Source: Gemmatimonadota bacterium
Lineage (GTDB): Bacteria; Gemmatimonadota; Gemmatimonadetes; Longimicrobiales; RSA9
Length of the DNA: 64,000 nt
Direction of reading: 5' to 3'
Assembly: GCA_017881445.1 (NCBI GenBank)
Contig: JADGQX010000001.1
Span: 1,942 to 65,941 of the forward strand
The notes beneath the pieces are model-generated. The model was not told the origin of the DNA. It did not search any database and saw only the letters and a list, made by a program, of their open reading frames with translations. Of this stretch, positions 41,785 to 50,518 are shown piece after piece. The position numbers and the translations under genes are program-made. The first letter of the stretch is position 1; every line of letters begins with the position of its first letter.

Positions 41785-44595
41785 ATGCGAACACGTCCGA
41801 TCCTTGCCTTCCTGGCGCTGGCCGCGTGGCCGGCGCTGGCGGCGGCACAGACGCCGCTCCCCGCCGACAGCGGCCGCCTCGGCCTGGACCCGCACGTGCT
41901 GGCCGGCACGCTGCCGAACGGGCTGCGCTACTACGTTCGCTCGAACCCGAAGCCGGCCAGGCGCGCGGAGCTGCGCCTGGTGGTGAATGCCGGGTCGGTG
42001 CTGGAAGACTCCGACCAGCTGGGCCTGGCGCACGTGGTCGAGCACATGGCGTTCAGCGGGACCGAGCACTTCCAGCGGCATGAGCTGGTGGACTACCTCG
42101 AGTCCATCGGCATGCGCTTCGGCGCGGACCTGAACGCGTCCACCGGCTTCGACGAGACGGTCTACATGCTCCAGGTGCCCTCCGACAGCGGCAGCGGGCT
42201 GGCGAAGGGGCTGCAGATCCTGGGTGACTGGGCTCATGGCCTGACCTTCGACACGACCATGATCCACAAGGAGCGCGGCGTGGTGCTGGAGGAATGGCGC
42301 CTGGGCCGGGGCGCCGACGAGCGCATCCGCAACGGGCAGCTCCCCGTGCTCTTCGGTGGCTCCCGCTACGCTGAGCGGCTGCCCATTGGCACCCCGGAGT
42401 CGATTCGTGGCTTCGACCCCCGGGCGCTCGTCCTCTTCTACCACGACTGGTACCGCCCCGACCTGATGGCGGTGGTCGCCGTCGGCGACTTCGACGCGAA
42501 GCGGGTCGAGTCGATGATCCGGGCGAGCTTCGCCGCGATGCCGCAGCCGCCGAACCCTCGCCCGCGCGGGCGCTTTCCCGTGCCGGGGAACGACAGCACG
42601 CGCTACGCCATCGCCACCGACCGCGAGGCCGACGGGACCCGGGTGAGCATGTACTGGAAGCTGCCCGCGGACTCGCTCAGAACCGGAGCGGACTTCCGCC
42701 GGCAACTGGTCGCGCGCCTCTACGACCGCATGTTGTCCGCACGGCTGCAGGAGCTCGCCCAGCGGCCCGACCCGCCCTTCATCGGCGCCGGCACCGGGCG
42801 TGGGCGACTCGTCCGCGCCGACGAGGTCTTCTTCCTGGGCGCATCGGTGCGGGATGGGGGCGCGCCCGCGGCGTTGGACGCCCTGGTCACCGAGGCCGAG
42901 CGGGCGCGCCGCTTCGGCTTCACCGCCGGCGAGCTATCCCGCCAGAAGGCCGTCCTGCTTCGCTACATGGAGCAGGCCTACGCCGAGCGGGAGAAGACCG
43001 AGTCGGCCTCCTATGCCGGTGAGTATGCCGACGCCTTTCTCACGGGCGACCCGGCGCCGGGCGTGGCCACCGAGTACGCGCTCTACCGCGACCTGCTTCC
43101 CGGCATAACCCTGGACGAGACCAACGCGGCCGCGCGCCGCTGGGCCGGCGAAACCGACCGGGTCGTGCTGGTCAGCGCGCCGGACAAGCCCGCCTTGGCG
43201 CCCCCCACGCGGGAGCAGCTCGCGGCCGCCTTCGATTCCGCCCGCTCCCGGGACATCGTCCCCTACCGCGACGACGTGGCCGACGCGCCGCTGGTGCCGG
43301 CACTGCCACCGCCGGCGCGCATCGTCTCGGAACGCGTGCTGGCCGAGGTCGGCGCCCGCGAGCTGCGCCTGGGCAACGGCATCCGGGTCATCCTCCGGCC
43401 CACCGACTTCAAGGCGGACGAGGTGCTGCTGGACGCCTGGTCGCCTGGCGGCGCCTCCCTGCTGGGGGAGCGCGACGCCGCGCTGGCCAACCTGATCCCG
43501 GGCGCGGTGCGCGCCGGCGGCCTGGGCACCTTCTCGCAGATCGAGCTGACCAAGGCGCTGGCCGGGAAGGCCGCCCGCATCTTCCCCTCCATCGACGCCA
43601 CCAGCCAGGGCCTCATGGGCAGCGCCTCGCCCAGGGACCTGGAGACGCTGTTCCAGCTCGTCTATCTCACCCTCACCGCCCCCCGGGCGGACACCGCCGC
43701 GTTCCTGGCGCTCAAGCAGCGGCTGCGCGCCGCCATCGAGAACCGGGGCGCGGACCCCGAGGGCGTGTACTCCGATTCCCTCGAGGCCGTGCTGACCCGG
43801 CGCTCGCCCCGCGCCCGGCCGCTCACGCCCACGCTCCTCGATTCCCTCGAGCTCGGCGCCGCCATGGGCGTCTACCGCGAGAGGTTCGGCGACGCCGGCG
43901 CCATGACCTTCGTCGTCGTGGGCAGCTTCGATGCCGACTCCATCCGCCCGCTGGTCGTGAAGTACCTGGGCGCGCTGCCGTCACTGGCCCGGCGCGACAG
44001 CGTCCGGGACGTCATGCCGGGACCGCCGGCGGGGGTGGTGCGGCTGGTGGTGCGCAAGGGAGTCGAGCCGAAGAGCCGGGTAGACCTGGTGTTCTCGGGC
44101 CCGTTCGAGTTCACGCCCGCGAACCGCCACACCCTGGACGCCCTCGCCGCCGTGCTCGACCTGCGGCTGCGCGACGTGCTGCGGGAGCAGCTGGGCGGCA
44201 CCTACGACATCGGCGCGGGCGCCTCCAGCAGCCGCGAGCCCCGGCCACGCTACTCGCTGGAGATCTCCTTCGGCTGCGCGCCGGACCGGGTGGACGCGCT
44301 CACGGCGCGCGTGCTCCGCGAGATCGCGCGCATGCGCTCCGACGGTCCCCGCCCGGCGGATCTGGCCAAGGTGAAGGAGCAGGAGCGCCGCGCCCGCGAG
44401 GTCGCGCTCCAGCAGAACGGCTGGTGGCTGCAGCAGCTCGCTTTCGCCGCCGCCCACGCCCCGGACTTCTCCGGCGTGCTGGGGGAAGCCGCGCTGACCG
44501 AGCGCCTGGACGGCGCGGCCGTCCGGCGCGCAGCTCGCGCATGGCTGCGCCCCGACCGCTACGTCCAGGGCGTGCTCCTGCCGGAGCACCCCTAG
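41785..44595 (+). CDS. Secreted M16-family zinc peptidase (pitrilysin/insulinase type, active and inactive halves in one chain)
   Basis: ORF track 41710..44595, trimmed to ATG 41785. The signal peptide is MRTRPILAFLALAAWPALAAAQ. The inverted zinc motif is HVVEHMAFSGT, followed by LNASTGFDETVY. At 936 aa it fits four M16 domains. Confidence 0.92.
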   Translation: MRTRPILAFLALAAWPALAAAQTPLPADSGRLGLDPHVLAGTLPNGLRYYVRSNPKPARRAELRLVVNAGSVLEDSDQLGLAHVVEHMAFSGTEHFQRHELVDYLESIGMRFGADLNASTGFDETVYMLQVPSDSGSGLAKGLQILGDWAHGLTFDTTMIHKERGVVLEEWRLGRGADERIRNGQLPVLFGGSRYAERLPIGTPESIRGFDPRALVLFYHDWYRPDLMAVVAVGDFDAKRVESMIRASFAAMPQPPNPRPRGRFPVPGNDSTRYAIATDREADGTRVSMYWKLPADSLRTGADFRRQLVARLYDRMLSARLQELAQRPDPPFIGAGTGRGRLVRADEVFFLGASVRDGGAPAALDALVTEAERARRFGFTAGELSRQKAVLLRYMEQAYAEREKTESASYAGEYADAFLTGDPAPGVATEYALYRDLLPGITLDETNAAARRWAGETDRVVLVSAPDKPALAPPTREQLAAAFDSARSRDIVPYRDDVADAPLVPALPPPARIVSERVLAEVGARELRLGNGIRVILRPTDFKADEVLLDAWSPGGASLLGERDAALANLIPGAVRAGGLGTFSQIELTKALAGKAARIFPSIDATSQGLMGSASPRDLETLFQLVYLTLTAPRADTAAFLALKQRLRAAIENRGADPEGVYSDSLEAVLTRRSPRARPLTPTLLDSLELGAAMGVYRERFGDAGAMTFVVVGSFDADSIRPLVVKYLGALPSLARRDSVRDVMPGPPAGVVRLVVRKGVEPKSRVDLVFSGPFEFTPANRHTLDALAAVLDLRLRDVLREQLGGTYDIGAGASSSREPRPRYSLEISFGCAPDRVDALTARVLREIARMRSDGPRPADLAKVKEQERRAREVALQQNGWWLQQLAFAAAHAPDFSGVLGEAALTERLDGAAVRRAARAWLRPDRYVQGVLLPEHP

Positions 44596-44639
44596 GACGG
44601 CCGTGCCGCGAAACGGGCTGTTCGGGAGAGTAGGGGAAG

Positions 44640-44680
44640 CACGAGCCGGACCCCGGGGATTCCCGGGGCCGGAGCTCGTG
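44640..44680. terminator. Imperfect GC hairpin after the M16 gene
   Basis: CACGAGCCGGACCCCGGG pairs with CCCGGGGCCGGAGCTCGTG with single-nt bulges. It begins 45 nt after the stop at 44595. Confidence 0.4.
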
Positions 44681-44687
44681 AACGGGA

Positions 44688-44707
44688 GGGCGGCGCAGGC
44701 GCCGCCC
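44688..44707. terminator. Short GC palindrome 3 nt after the H1-like gene stop
   Basis: GGGCGGCGC-AG-GCGCCGCCC. Confidence 0.35.
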
Positions 44708-44710
44708 CGG

Positions 44711-45115
44711 TCACTTCTTGGCGGCGGGCTTCTTCGCCGCGGGCTTCGCGGCCGCCTTCTTGGCCACGGGCTTCTTGGCCACGGGCTTCTTGGCCACGGG
44801 CTTCTTGGCCACGGGCTTCTTCGCCGCGACCTTCTTCGCCGCCGGCTTGCCGTTCTTCTTGGCGACGGCCTTCGCCGCCTTCTTCGCCACCGGTTTCTTG
44901 CCGACGGCCTTCTTCGCCACGGGCTTCTTCGCCGCGGGCTTTGCGACCAGCTTCTTCGCCGCCGCCTTGGGGGCGGGCTTCGACGCAGCGGACTTGGGCG
45001 TGGCGGCCTTCGTCTTCGCCGCGGCCTTGGCCGCGGGCTTTGCCGTCTTGGCCGCGGTCGCCGCCTGCGTCGGCTTCGAACCGATGGTCTTGTTCGCCTT
45101 CGTCGGTGCCGGCAT
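44711..45115 (-). CDS. Histone H1-like Lys/Ala/Pro-rich protein (probable nucleoid-associated DNA binder)
   Basis: ORF track 44711..45184, trimmed to ATG 45115 (GGAGG SD 8 nt upstream). The sequence runs MPAPTKANKTIGSKP...AAKKPVAKKPVAKKPVAKKPVAKKAAAKPAAKKPAAKK and is almost pure A/K/P. Confidence 0.8.
   Translation of the reverse strand: MPAPTKANKTIGSKPTQAATAAKTAKPAAKAAAKTKAATPKSAASKPAPKAAAKKLVAKPAAKKPVAKKAVGKKPVAKKAAKAVAKKNGKPAAKKVAAKKPVAKKPVAKKPVAKKPVAKKAAAKPAAKKPAAKK
44756..44815. repeat. Four perfect 15-bp tandem repeats inside the H1-like gene
   Basis: CTTCTTGGCCACGGG occurs four times on the + strand. This encodes (KKPVA)x4 on the coding strand. A fifth, diverged unit follows. Confidence 0.95.
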
Positions 45116-45230
45116 CGAGCAACCTCCAATGAAAAGGGATAAGCTCGTACAGCGTGCTATCATGTAGGGCCTCACCGACACCAAAGCGCAAGGGTTTCAT
45201 TCAGAAACGTCTCGAATCGACCGGAGGAGC

Positions 45231-45515
45231 ATGTCCGCCGACCCCACCGAACGCGCCGCGCTCGACGCGTTCACGCTCGCGATCCGCGTTCTCTGCCATG
45301 CCTGGGACATCGACCTCCCCGCCACCGAGTTCGAGCGGCCCTGGTCCCTGCTGCGGGAGATCGCCGACGGCACCATCACGCTGAGCAGCCCGGCGGAAAT
45401 GGCGGCGCGCTTCCCCGGCATGAGCGACTTCCTCTACGATTCGGCCGGCCGGGTCATCGAGCACGACCGCGAGACCGCGCGACGCGTGCTGAAGGGGCTG
45501 GCGGGCGCGTTCTGA
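45231..45515 (+). CDS. Hypothetical protein (94 aa)
   Basis: ORF 45231..45515. A GGAGGAG SD lies 5 nt upstream. The composition is balanced (W, F, I, E, D present). I recognise no family. Confidence 0.6.
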   Translation: MSADPTERAALDAFTLAIRVLCHAWDIDLPATEFERPWSLLREIADGTITLSSPAEMAARFPGMSDFLYDSAGRVIEHDRETARRVLKGLAGAF

Positions 45516-45529
45516 CCGGGGCCGGGCAA

Positions 45530-45573
45530 GATTCCTGACAGATTCCTGACACAATCCTGACATGGCCCTGACG
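45530..45573 (+). promoter_or_regulatory. Four head-to-tail 11-bp direct repeats with core CCTGAC(A/G)
   Basis: The units are GATTCCTGACA, GATTCCTGACA, CAATCCTGACA and TGGCCCTGACG, in exact 11-bp register. The array ends 55 nt upstream of the receiver gene ATG at 45629. The repeats are certain. Their function is inferred. Confidence 0.5.
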
Positions 45574-45628
45574 CGGCGACGTTGCCGACACGTTATGTTA
45601 TGGCGGCGTCCAATACCGGGGGGGATCG

Positions 45629-46015
45629 ATGGCTGGCGAGAGGCACGTGACGGTGCTCGTGGTCGAGGACGACGACACGGTACGCCGTCTGGCGACCCGG
45701 GTCCTTGAGCGGGGAGGCTTCAGCGTGCTGGCGGCCGCGACGGGCGATGAAGCCCTGAAGGCGTGCCGGGAGGCCCGGGGCGGCATCGCGGTGGTGCTGG
45801 CCGATGTCGGCCTGCCGGACCTGAGGGGCCCGGAGCTGGGCAGGCTCATCCAGAACGTGGAGCCGTCGGCGCGCATCGTGTTCATGTCCGGGCACTCGCC
45901 CGACGACCTGGCGGACGTGGCCCGGCTCGCGAACGCCCGCTTCCTGGCCAAGCCGTTCGATCCGGACCAGCTGCTCAAGGCCGTGGACGACGCCATGGAA
46001 GAGCCCGGAAGCTAG
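45629..46015 (+). CDS. Stand-alone response-regulator receiver protein (CheY-like)
   Basis: ORF 45629..46015. It carries VLVVEDDD, VLADVGLPDLRG (phospho-acceptor Asp) and FLAKPF. There is no output domain. Confidence 0.9.
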   Translation: MAGERHVTVLVVEDDDTVRRLATRVLERGGFSVLAAATGDEALKACREARGGIAVVLADVGLPDLRGPELGRLIQNVEPSARIVFMSGHSPDDLADVARLANARFLAKPFDPDQLLKAVDDAMEEPGS

Positions 46016-46044
46016 CGCGGAGCTTCCACGCCCGACGTGGCAGG

Positions 46045-46974
46045 CTAGCGCCGACCCAGCTGCACCAGCTCGGGCGGCGGGTCGTCGTCTTCCTCGTCGT
46101 CCCAGAGCGCGAACAGCGCCTGGGTCCCCGCGTTACCCAGGCCCATCTCCTCCACCTGCTGGTAGAGCATGCGGGCGAGCTCGAGCCCCGGCAGGTCCAG
46201 CTCCATCTCCTCCGCCGACTCCAGCGCGATGCCCATGTCTTTCAGGAAGTGCTTCACGTAGAAGCCGGCCTCGAAATCGCCAGCCAGCATGCGGGGGCCG
46301 TGATGGGACAGCGCCCAGCTGGCCGCGGCCCCCGCTTCCATGCTCTGCAGCACGCGGGCCGGTTCCAGCCCCGTCCTGCGGGCGTAGGCCAGCGCCTCGC
46401 ACACGCCCACCATGGCACTGGCCAGGGCGATCTGGTTGCACAGCTTGGCGTGCTGCCCCGCACCCGGCCCCCCCTGCAGCACGACGCGCGGTCCCAGCCG
46501 TTCCAGCAGGGGGCGCACCACCTCGAAATCCGCCGGCTCCCCACCCACCATGATCGACAGCCGCGCCTCGCGCGCGCCGCTGGCGCCACCCGAGACGGGC
46601 GCATCCAGCGCGTGCAGCCCGCGCCCGTGCGCGTCCCGCCAGATGCGCTCGGCCAGCGACGGCTTCGACGTGGTCATGTCCACCAGGTAGGTCCCGGGTC
46701 GCGCGCTCTCGAGCAGTCCGCCCGTCCCGGCATAGACCTCCGCTACGTCCTGCGGATAGCCGAGCATGGTCAGGACGATGTCGCTCTCCGCGGCAACCGC
46801 TCCGGGGTCCTCGCGCCAACCGGCGCCCGCGGCCAGCAGCGGCTGTGCGCGCCCGGGTGTCCGGTTGTGCACGAGCAGCCGGAAACCTGCCCGCAGGAGC
46901 CGCTCCGCCATGCTGCCGCCCATGACGCCCGTGCCGATGAAGCCGACGACCGTGCTCTCCGGTTCCAGTCCCAT
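46045..46974 (-). CDS. NAD(P)-dependent oxidoreductase of the 3-hydroxyisobutyrate/6-phosphogluconate dehydrogenase family, with an acidic C-terminal tail
   Basis: ORF track 46045..47031, trimmed to ATG 46974. It carries VGFIGTGVMGGSMA (Rossmann fold), DAPVSGG and GAGQHAKLCNQ. Confidence 0.88.
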   Translation of the reverse strand: MGLEPESTVVGFIGTGVMGGSMAERLLRAGFRLLVHNRTPGRAQPLLAAGAGWREDPGAVAAESDIVLTMLGYPQDVAEVYAGTGGLLESARPGTYLVDMTTSKPSLAERIWRDAHGRGLHALDAPVSGGASGAREARLSIMVGGEPADFEVVRPLLERLGPRVVLQGGPGAGQHAKLCNQIALASAMVGVCEALAYARRTGLEPARVLQSMEAGAAASWALSHHGPRMLAGDFEAGFYVKHFLKDMGIALESAEEMELDLPGLELARMLYQQVEEMGLGNAGTQALFALWDDEEDDDPPPELVQLGRR

Positions 46975-47114
46975 GCGCGTCTCCCGCCTCCCGCGGCCCG
47001 GTTCGGTTCCGCCGTTCCATCCGCCCGGCAATCTCGGCGGGTCCGCGCGATCCGGCCAGCGCCGGCCGGCCCGCTTCCTGCCATCAGGCCGCAGGAACCC
47101 CGACGGGAACGGCC

Positions 47115-48011
47115 ATGCTCGCCAGCGACGGTCCGCTCACCATCCTCGTGAACCGCTCCGCCGGCAGCGCAGGCGGCGCGGCGGATGCCATCTCGGCCGC
47201 CATGGCGCGGGAGGGGCTGAGCGCGGACGTCCGTGAGATCGACTCCGCCGGACTGGCCGATGCCCTGACGGCGGCGGTCGCGGCGGGGGCTCGCGCCGTG
47301 GGCGTCGCCGGCGGGGACGGCACGCTCTCCGCGGCCGCGGGGCTGCTGGCCGGGGGGAAGGTGGTGCTGGTCCCCTTCCCCATGGGGACACTGAACCACT
47401 TCGCGCGCCGACTCGGCCTCGACGACGTCGATGCCGCCGCGCGGGCGCTGCGCGGGGGCCGGACCGTGCGAGTTCCGCTCGGCTGGGTGAACGGGCGGCG
47501 CTTCGTCAACAACGCCTCCTGCGGCTTCTACCCTCACGTCGTCCGGCACCGGGAGCAGCTGCGGCCATGGATCGGCAGATGGCCCGCCGCGGCCATCGCG
47601 GCGCTGCAGGTGTTCGCCGGACTCAGGCGCATGCACCTGACGCTGGAAACCCCCGGAGCCACCAGAGCCCGGCGGGTGGCCGGACTCTGGATCGGCCTCG
47701 GGCGGGGCAGCTTCCGCCTGCCGGGTGAGGATCGACTGGAGGAGCGGGCCGGTGAGCTGGAGATCGTGCTGCCCCCCGCCAGCACCCGCTGGCAGCTCCT
47801 GGCCCTGGCCGCCCGCGTGCTCTGGCGCCTGGTCCGCCACGAGCGGCGGCCCACCGCCGGCCTCGAGATCCTGCATGCGCCCGCCCTGGTGCTCGAGTCG
47901 CGGCGGCCCGTGGACGTGGCGCTCGACGGCGAGCCATTCCATCTCGCCGCGCCCGTACGTTTCCGCCTCGAGCCGGAGGCGCTCGAGGTGGTGGCCGGGC
48001 CGGACCCCTAG
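47115..48011 (+). CDS. Diacylglycerol-kinase-catalytic-domain lipid kinase (YegS/BmrU-like)
   Basis: ORF 47115..48011. It carries LTILVNRSAGS, VGVAGGDGTL and PMGTLNHFAR. Confidence 0.85.
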   Translation: MLASDGPLTILVNRSAGSAGGAADAISAAMAREGLSADVREIDSAGLADALTAAVAAGARAVGVAGGDGTLSAAAGLLAGGKVVLVPFPMGTLNHFARRLGLDDVDAAARALRGGRTVRVPLGWVNGRRFVNNASCGFYPHVVRHREQLRPWIGRWPAAAIAALQVFAGLRRMHLTLETPGATRARRVAGLWIGLGRGSFRLPGEDRLEERAGELEIVLPPASTRWQLLALAARVLWRLVRHERRPTAGLEILHAPALVLESRRPVDVALDGEPFHLAAPVRFRLEPEALEVVAGPDP

Positions 48012-49048
48012 TGCAGATGCGCGTTCACCAGCGGCAGGTAGCGGAAGGTGCGGTTGTTGTCGGCGCGGTTGAGCAGGCCGAGCTGCCAACCGTGCAGCTC
48101 ACGGGCGCGGTTGTAGATCCCGATGGCGACCCCCACCTGGACGCCCACCTGGTTGTAGCCGGCCACGCTGAAGCCGTGCAGCTGGTCCGCCTGGAGTCGC
48201 AGCACGCTGGCGCTTATGCCGCTGACGCGGGGTGCCTTCACCCGGTAGCCGCCGGCCGTGAAGCCACGGATCTCGTCGCCCGCCTCCACCGCGCCCAGCG
48301 TGGCGCTGATGCCCGAGACCGAGCCGCCGGACACCACGGCCAGCCCGCCGAGGTTGAGGCCGCGCATCCCGCCGTTGGAGACCGTGGCAATGCCCGCCAG
48401 GTTCAGACCGCGCATGCCGCCGTTGGAGACCGTAGCGATGCCGGAGACGTTGATCCCCTCGACGTCGCCGTTCCCCACGGTGGCCAGGCCGGAGAGATTG
48501 AGTCCGCGCAGGTTCCGATTGGCCACGGTGGCCAGGCCGGCGAGATTGATCCCGACGGCATCCTCGTTGGACACCGTCGCCAGGCCGCCGATGTTGATCC
48601 CGTGCAGGGCGCCGTTGGTGACGAGCGCCAGACCGCCGAAGTTCAGGCCCCTGGCGTTGCCATTGGACACCACGGCAATTGGCGACGCGCTGATGCCGGC
48701 CAGGTCCCGCCGGGCGACCACCGCGGCGATGCCGACGGTGAGGCCGTGCAGGCGGTCGCCCGCGGGGGCGAGGCCCAGGTTGATGCCCGAGAAATCGCCC
48801 GTAACCGCGTCCTCCTCGGTCGGTGGCTTCCAGAGGGTGATGTTCAGGCCGGAGACCCGCTGGACGTCGCGGTCCTGCCAGTTGAGCCGGATGCCCTTCC
48901 AGCGGTGCGAGTTGCCGATGCTGATGCCCGTGCATTCCGCGCCCAGGTTCAGGGCGGCGCCGCCGCACTCGCGCTGGGCATGGACGGAGGACGGAACGGC
49001 CAGGATCGCGAGCAGGAGGGCCGCCGTCGGCCCGGACACGTTGCGCAT
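48008..49048 (-). CDS. Secreted tandem-repeat protein with a ~20-aa G(L/I)N(L/I)xG(L/I)ATV(S/A)NGxxxG unit (beta-helix-like)
   Basis: ORF 48008..49048. The signal peptide is MRNVSGPTAALLLAILAVPSSVHAQ. At least 10 consecutive ~20-aa units follow (60-bp period in the DNA). The C-terminus reads GWQLGLLNRADNNRTFRYLPLVN. Confidence 0.8.
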   Translation of the reverse strand: MRNVSGPTAALLLAILAVPSSVHAQRECGGAALNLGAECTGISIGNSHRWKGIRLNWQDRDVQRVSGLNITLWKPPTEEDAVTGDFSGINLGLAPAGDRLHGLTVGIAAVVARRDLAGISASPIAVVSNGNARGLNFGGLALVTNGALHGINIGGLATVSNEDAVGINLAGLATVANRNLRGLNLSGLATVGNGDVEGINVSGIATVSNGGMRGLNLAGIATVSNGGMRGLNLGGLAVVSGGSVSGISATLGAVEAGDEIRGFTAGGYRVKAPRVSGISASVLRLQADQLHGFSVAGYNQVGVQVGVAIGIYNRARELHGWQLGLLNRADNNRTFRYLPLVNAHLH

Positions 49049-49120
49049 TGGAGCACCATGGTGGAATGAAAAGCAGGGGCCGGCCGCACCCGGGTGCGCG
49101 CCCGCCGCCGCGTCCGTTCC

Positions 49121-50404
49121 CTACGGCGGTCCCCCGGGCCCGGTTTCGGCCGGCCGGTCGGTGAGCGAGCCGAAGCGCCGGACCTCGGGCCAGACCGCCG
49201 CCACCAGCAGCACGATGCCGATGCTGCCCACGCCTCCGGCGACGACCGACGCGACCGGCCCCACCAGGGCGGCCAGTGCCCCGGACTCGAAGCCGCCCAG
49301 CTCGTTGGACGTGCCGATGAAGAGCGCGTTGATGGCGGCGACCCGGCCGCGCAGCTCGTCCGGCGTGAGCACCTGCACCAGGGTGCTGCGAATGATCACG
49401 GAGATCATGTCGAAGCCGCCCACCAGGGCCAGCGCCGCCAGGGAGAGCCAGAATGAGCGCGACACCCCGAAGACGACGGTCGCCGCGCCAAAGCCCGCCA
49501 CGGCCCAGAGCAGCGCGCGCCCGGCGCGGCGCATGGGGGCGTAGGCGACGGCCAGCGCGACCAGCACCGCGCCCAGCGAGGGCGCCGCCATGAGCCAGCC
49601 CAGCCCCCCCGGTCCGACGTGCAGGATGTCCTTGGCGTACACCGGCAGCAGCATGGTGGCGCCGCCCAGCAGCATGGCGAAGAGGTCGAGGGTAATGGTG
49701 GCGATGAGGATGCGCGTGTGCCAGACGAAGCGCGCCCCCGCCACCAGCCGCTCCAGCGGCCGCTCGCCCGAGGAGGGCGCGAAGCGCCGCGGCCGCACGC
49801 GCGCCATGAGCGCGGCGAACACGCCCGCCGAGAGGCCCGCCAGCACGAAGGCCGGCGCGGCACTGTGCCGCAGCGCGATGATGAAGCCGCCCAGCGCCGG
49901 CCCCAGGACGGCGGCGAGCTGGAAGGAGCCGCTGCGCCAGGTGGCGCCGTTGGCCAGCAGGCCCACGGGCAGGAGCTGGGGCGCGAGGGAGTCCCGCGCC
50001 GGCGCGGCAAAGGCCCGGCCGCAGCCATTCAGGAAGAGCAGCGCGTAGAGCAGCAGCACCGGTCCGCTGGTGGCCGCTAGCAGCGCCAGCCCCAGCGAGG
50101 CGAGGACCATCACCGCCTGCGAGACCACCAGCACGCGCCGGCGGTCGTAGCGGTCGGACAGGTGGCCGGAGGGCAGCGTGAGCAGGAAGATGGGCAGCAC
50201 CTGCGCCAGGCCGACGACGCCCAGCGCCAGCGCCGAGCCGGTCCGCTCGTACAGGTACCAGCCCACCGCCACCGTCTGCAGCTGCGTGCCCGTGCTCGCC
50301 AGGAAGTGCCCGGCCAGGAATCGCCGGAAGTCGGGCAGGCGCAGGGCGGCGAAGGCGTCGCCGGGAAGTGGGCTCGGCTCGGCGGCGCTCCCGGCTGTGA
50401 CCAT
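49121..50404 (-). CDS. MFS transporter (EntS/DUF894-like)
   Basis: ORF 49121..50404. It has 12 predicted TM helices. FRRFLAGHFLASTGTQLQTVAVGW and GHLSDRYDRRRV are typical of MFS loop 2-3. Confidence 0.88.
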   Translation of the reverse strand: MVTAGSAAEPSPLPGDAFAALRLPDFRRFLAGHFLASTGTQLQTVAVGWYLYERTGSALALGVVGLAQVLPIFLLTLPSGHLSDRYDRRRVLVVSQAVMVLASLGLALLAATSGPVLLLYALLFLNGCGRAFAAPARDSLAPQLLPVGLLANGATWRSGSFQLAAVLGPALGGFIIALRHSAAPAFVLAGLSAGVFAALMARVRPRRFAPSSGERPLERLVAGARFVWHTRILIATITLDLFAMLLGGATMLLPVYAKDILHVGPGGLGWLMAAPSLGAVLVALAVAYAPMRRAGRALLWAVAGFGAATVVFGVSRSFWLSLAALALVGGFDMISVIIRSTLVQVLTPDELRGRVAAINALFIGTSNELGGFESGALAALVGPVASVVAGGVGSIGIVLLVAAVWPEVRRFGSLTDRPAETGPGGPP

Positions 50405-50518
50405 GATCCTCGCAACGTGGGCGGTCGGCGCGCCCGCTCCGGTGGCGGCGGAGACGCGAGCGGACTATTCTAGGTCCCGGCTGGTCCGCACGCCCCCCTG
50501 CGACAGACCGGATGGCCC

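Noticed and set aside
44592-45200. Alternative-frame ORFs over the H1-like gene (202 aa on the minus strand; 179 aa and 149 aa on the plus strand).
   Set aside because: All six frames are open because of the repeat composition. Only the 44711..45115 frame has a GGAGG SD, an ATG at the right distance and a known protein type (A/K/P H1-like).
48008-48011. Overlapping stop codons of the convergent lipid-kinase and repeat-protein genes within CTAG.
   Set aside because: The overlap is real, but it is a trivial consequence of the TAG/CTA palindrome. There is no evidence of function.
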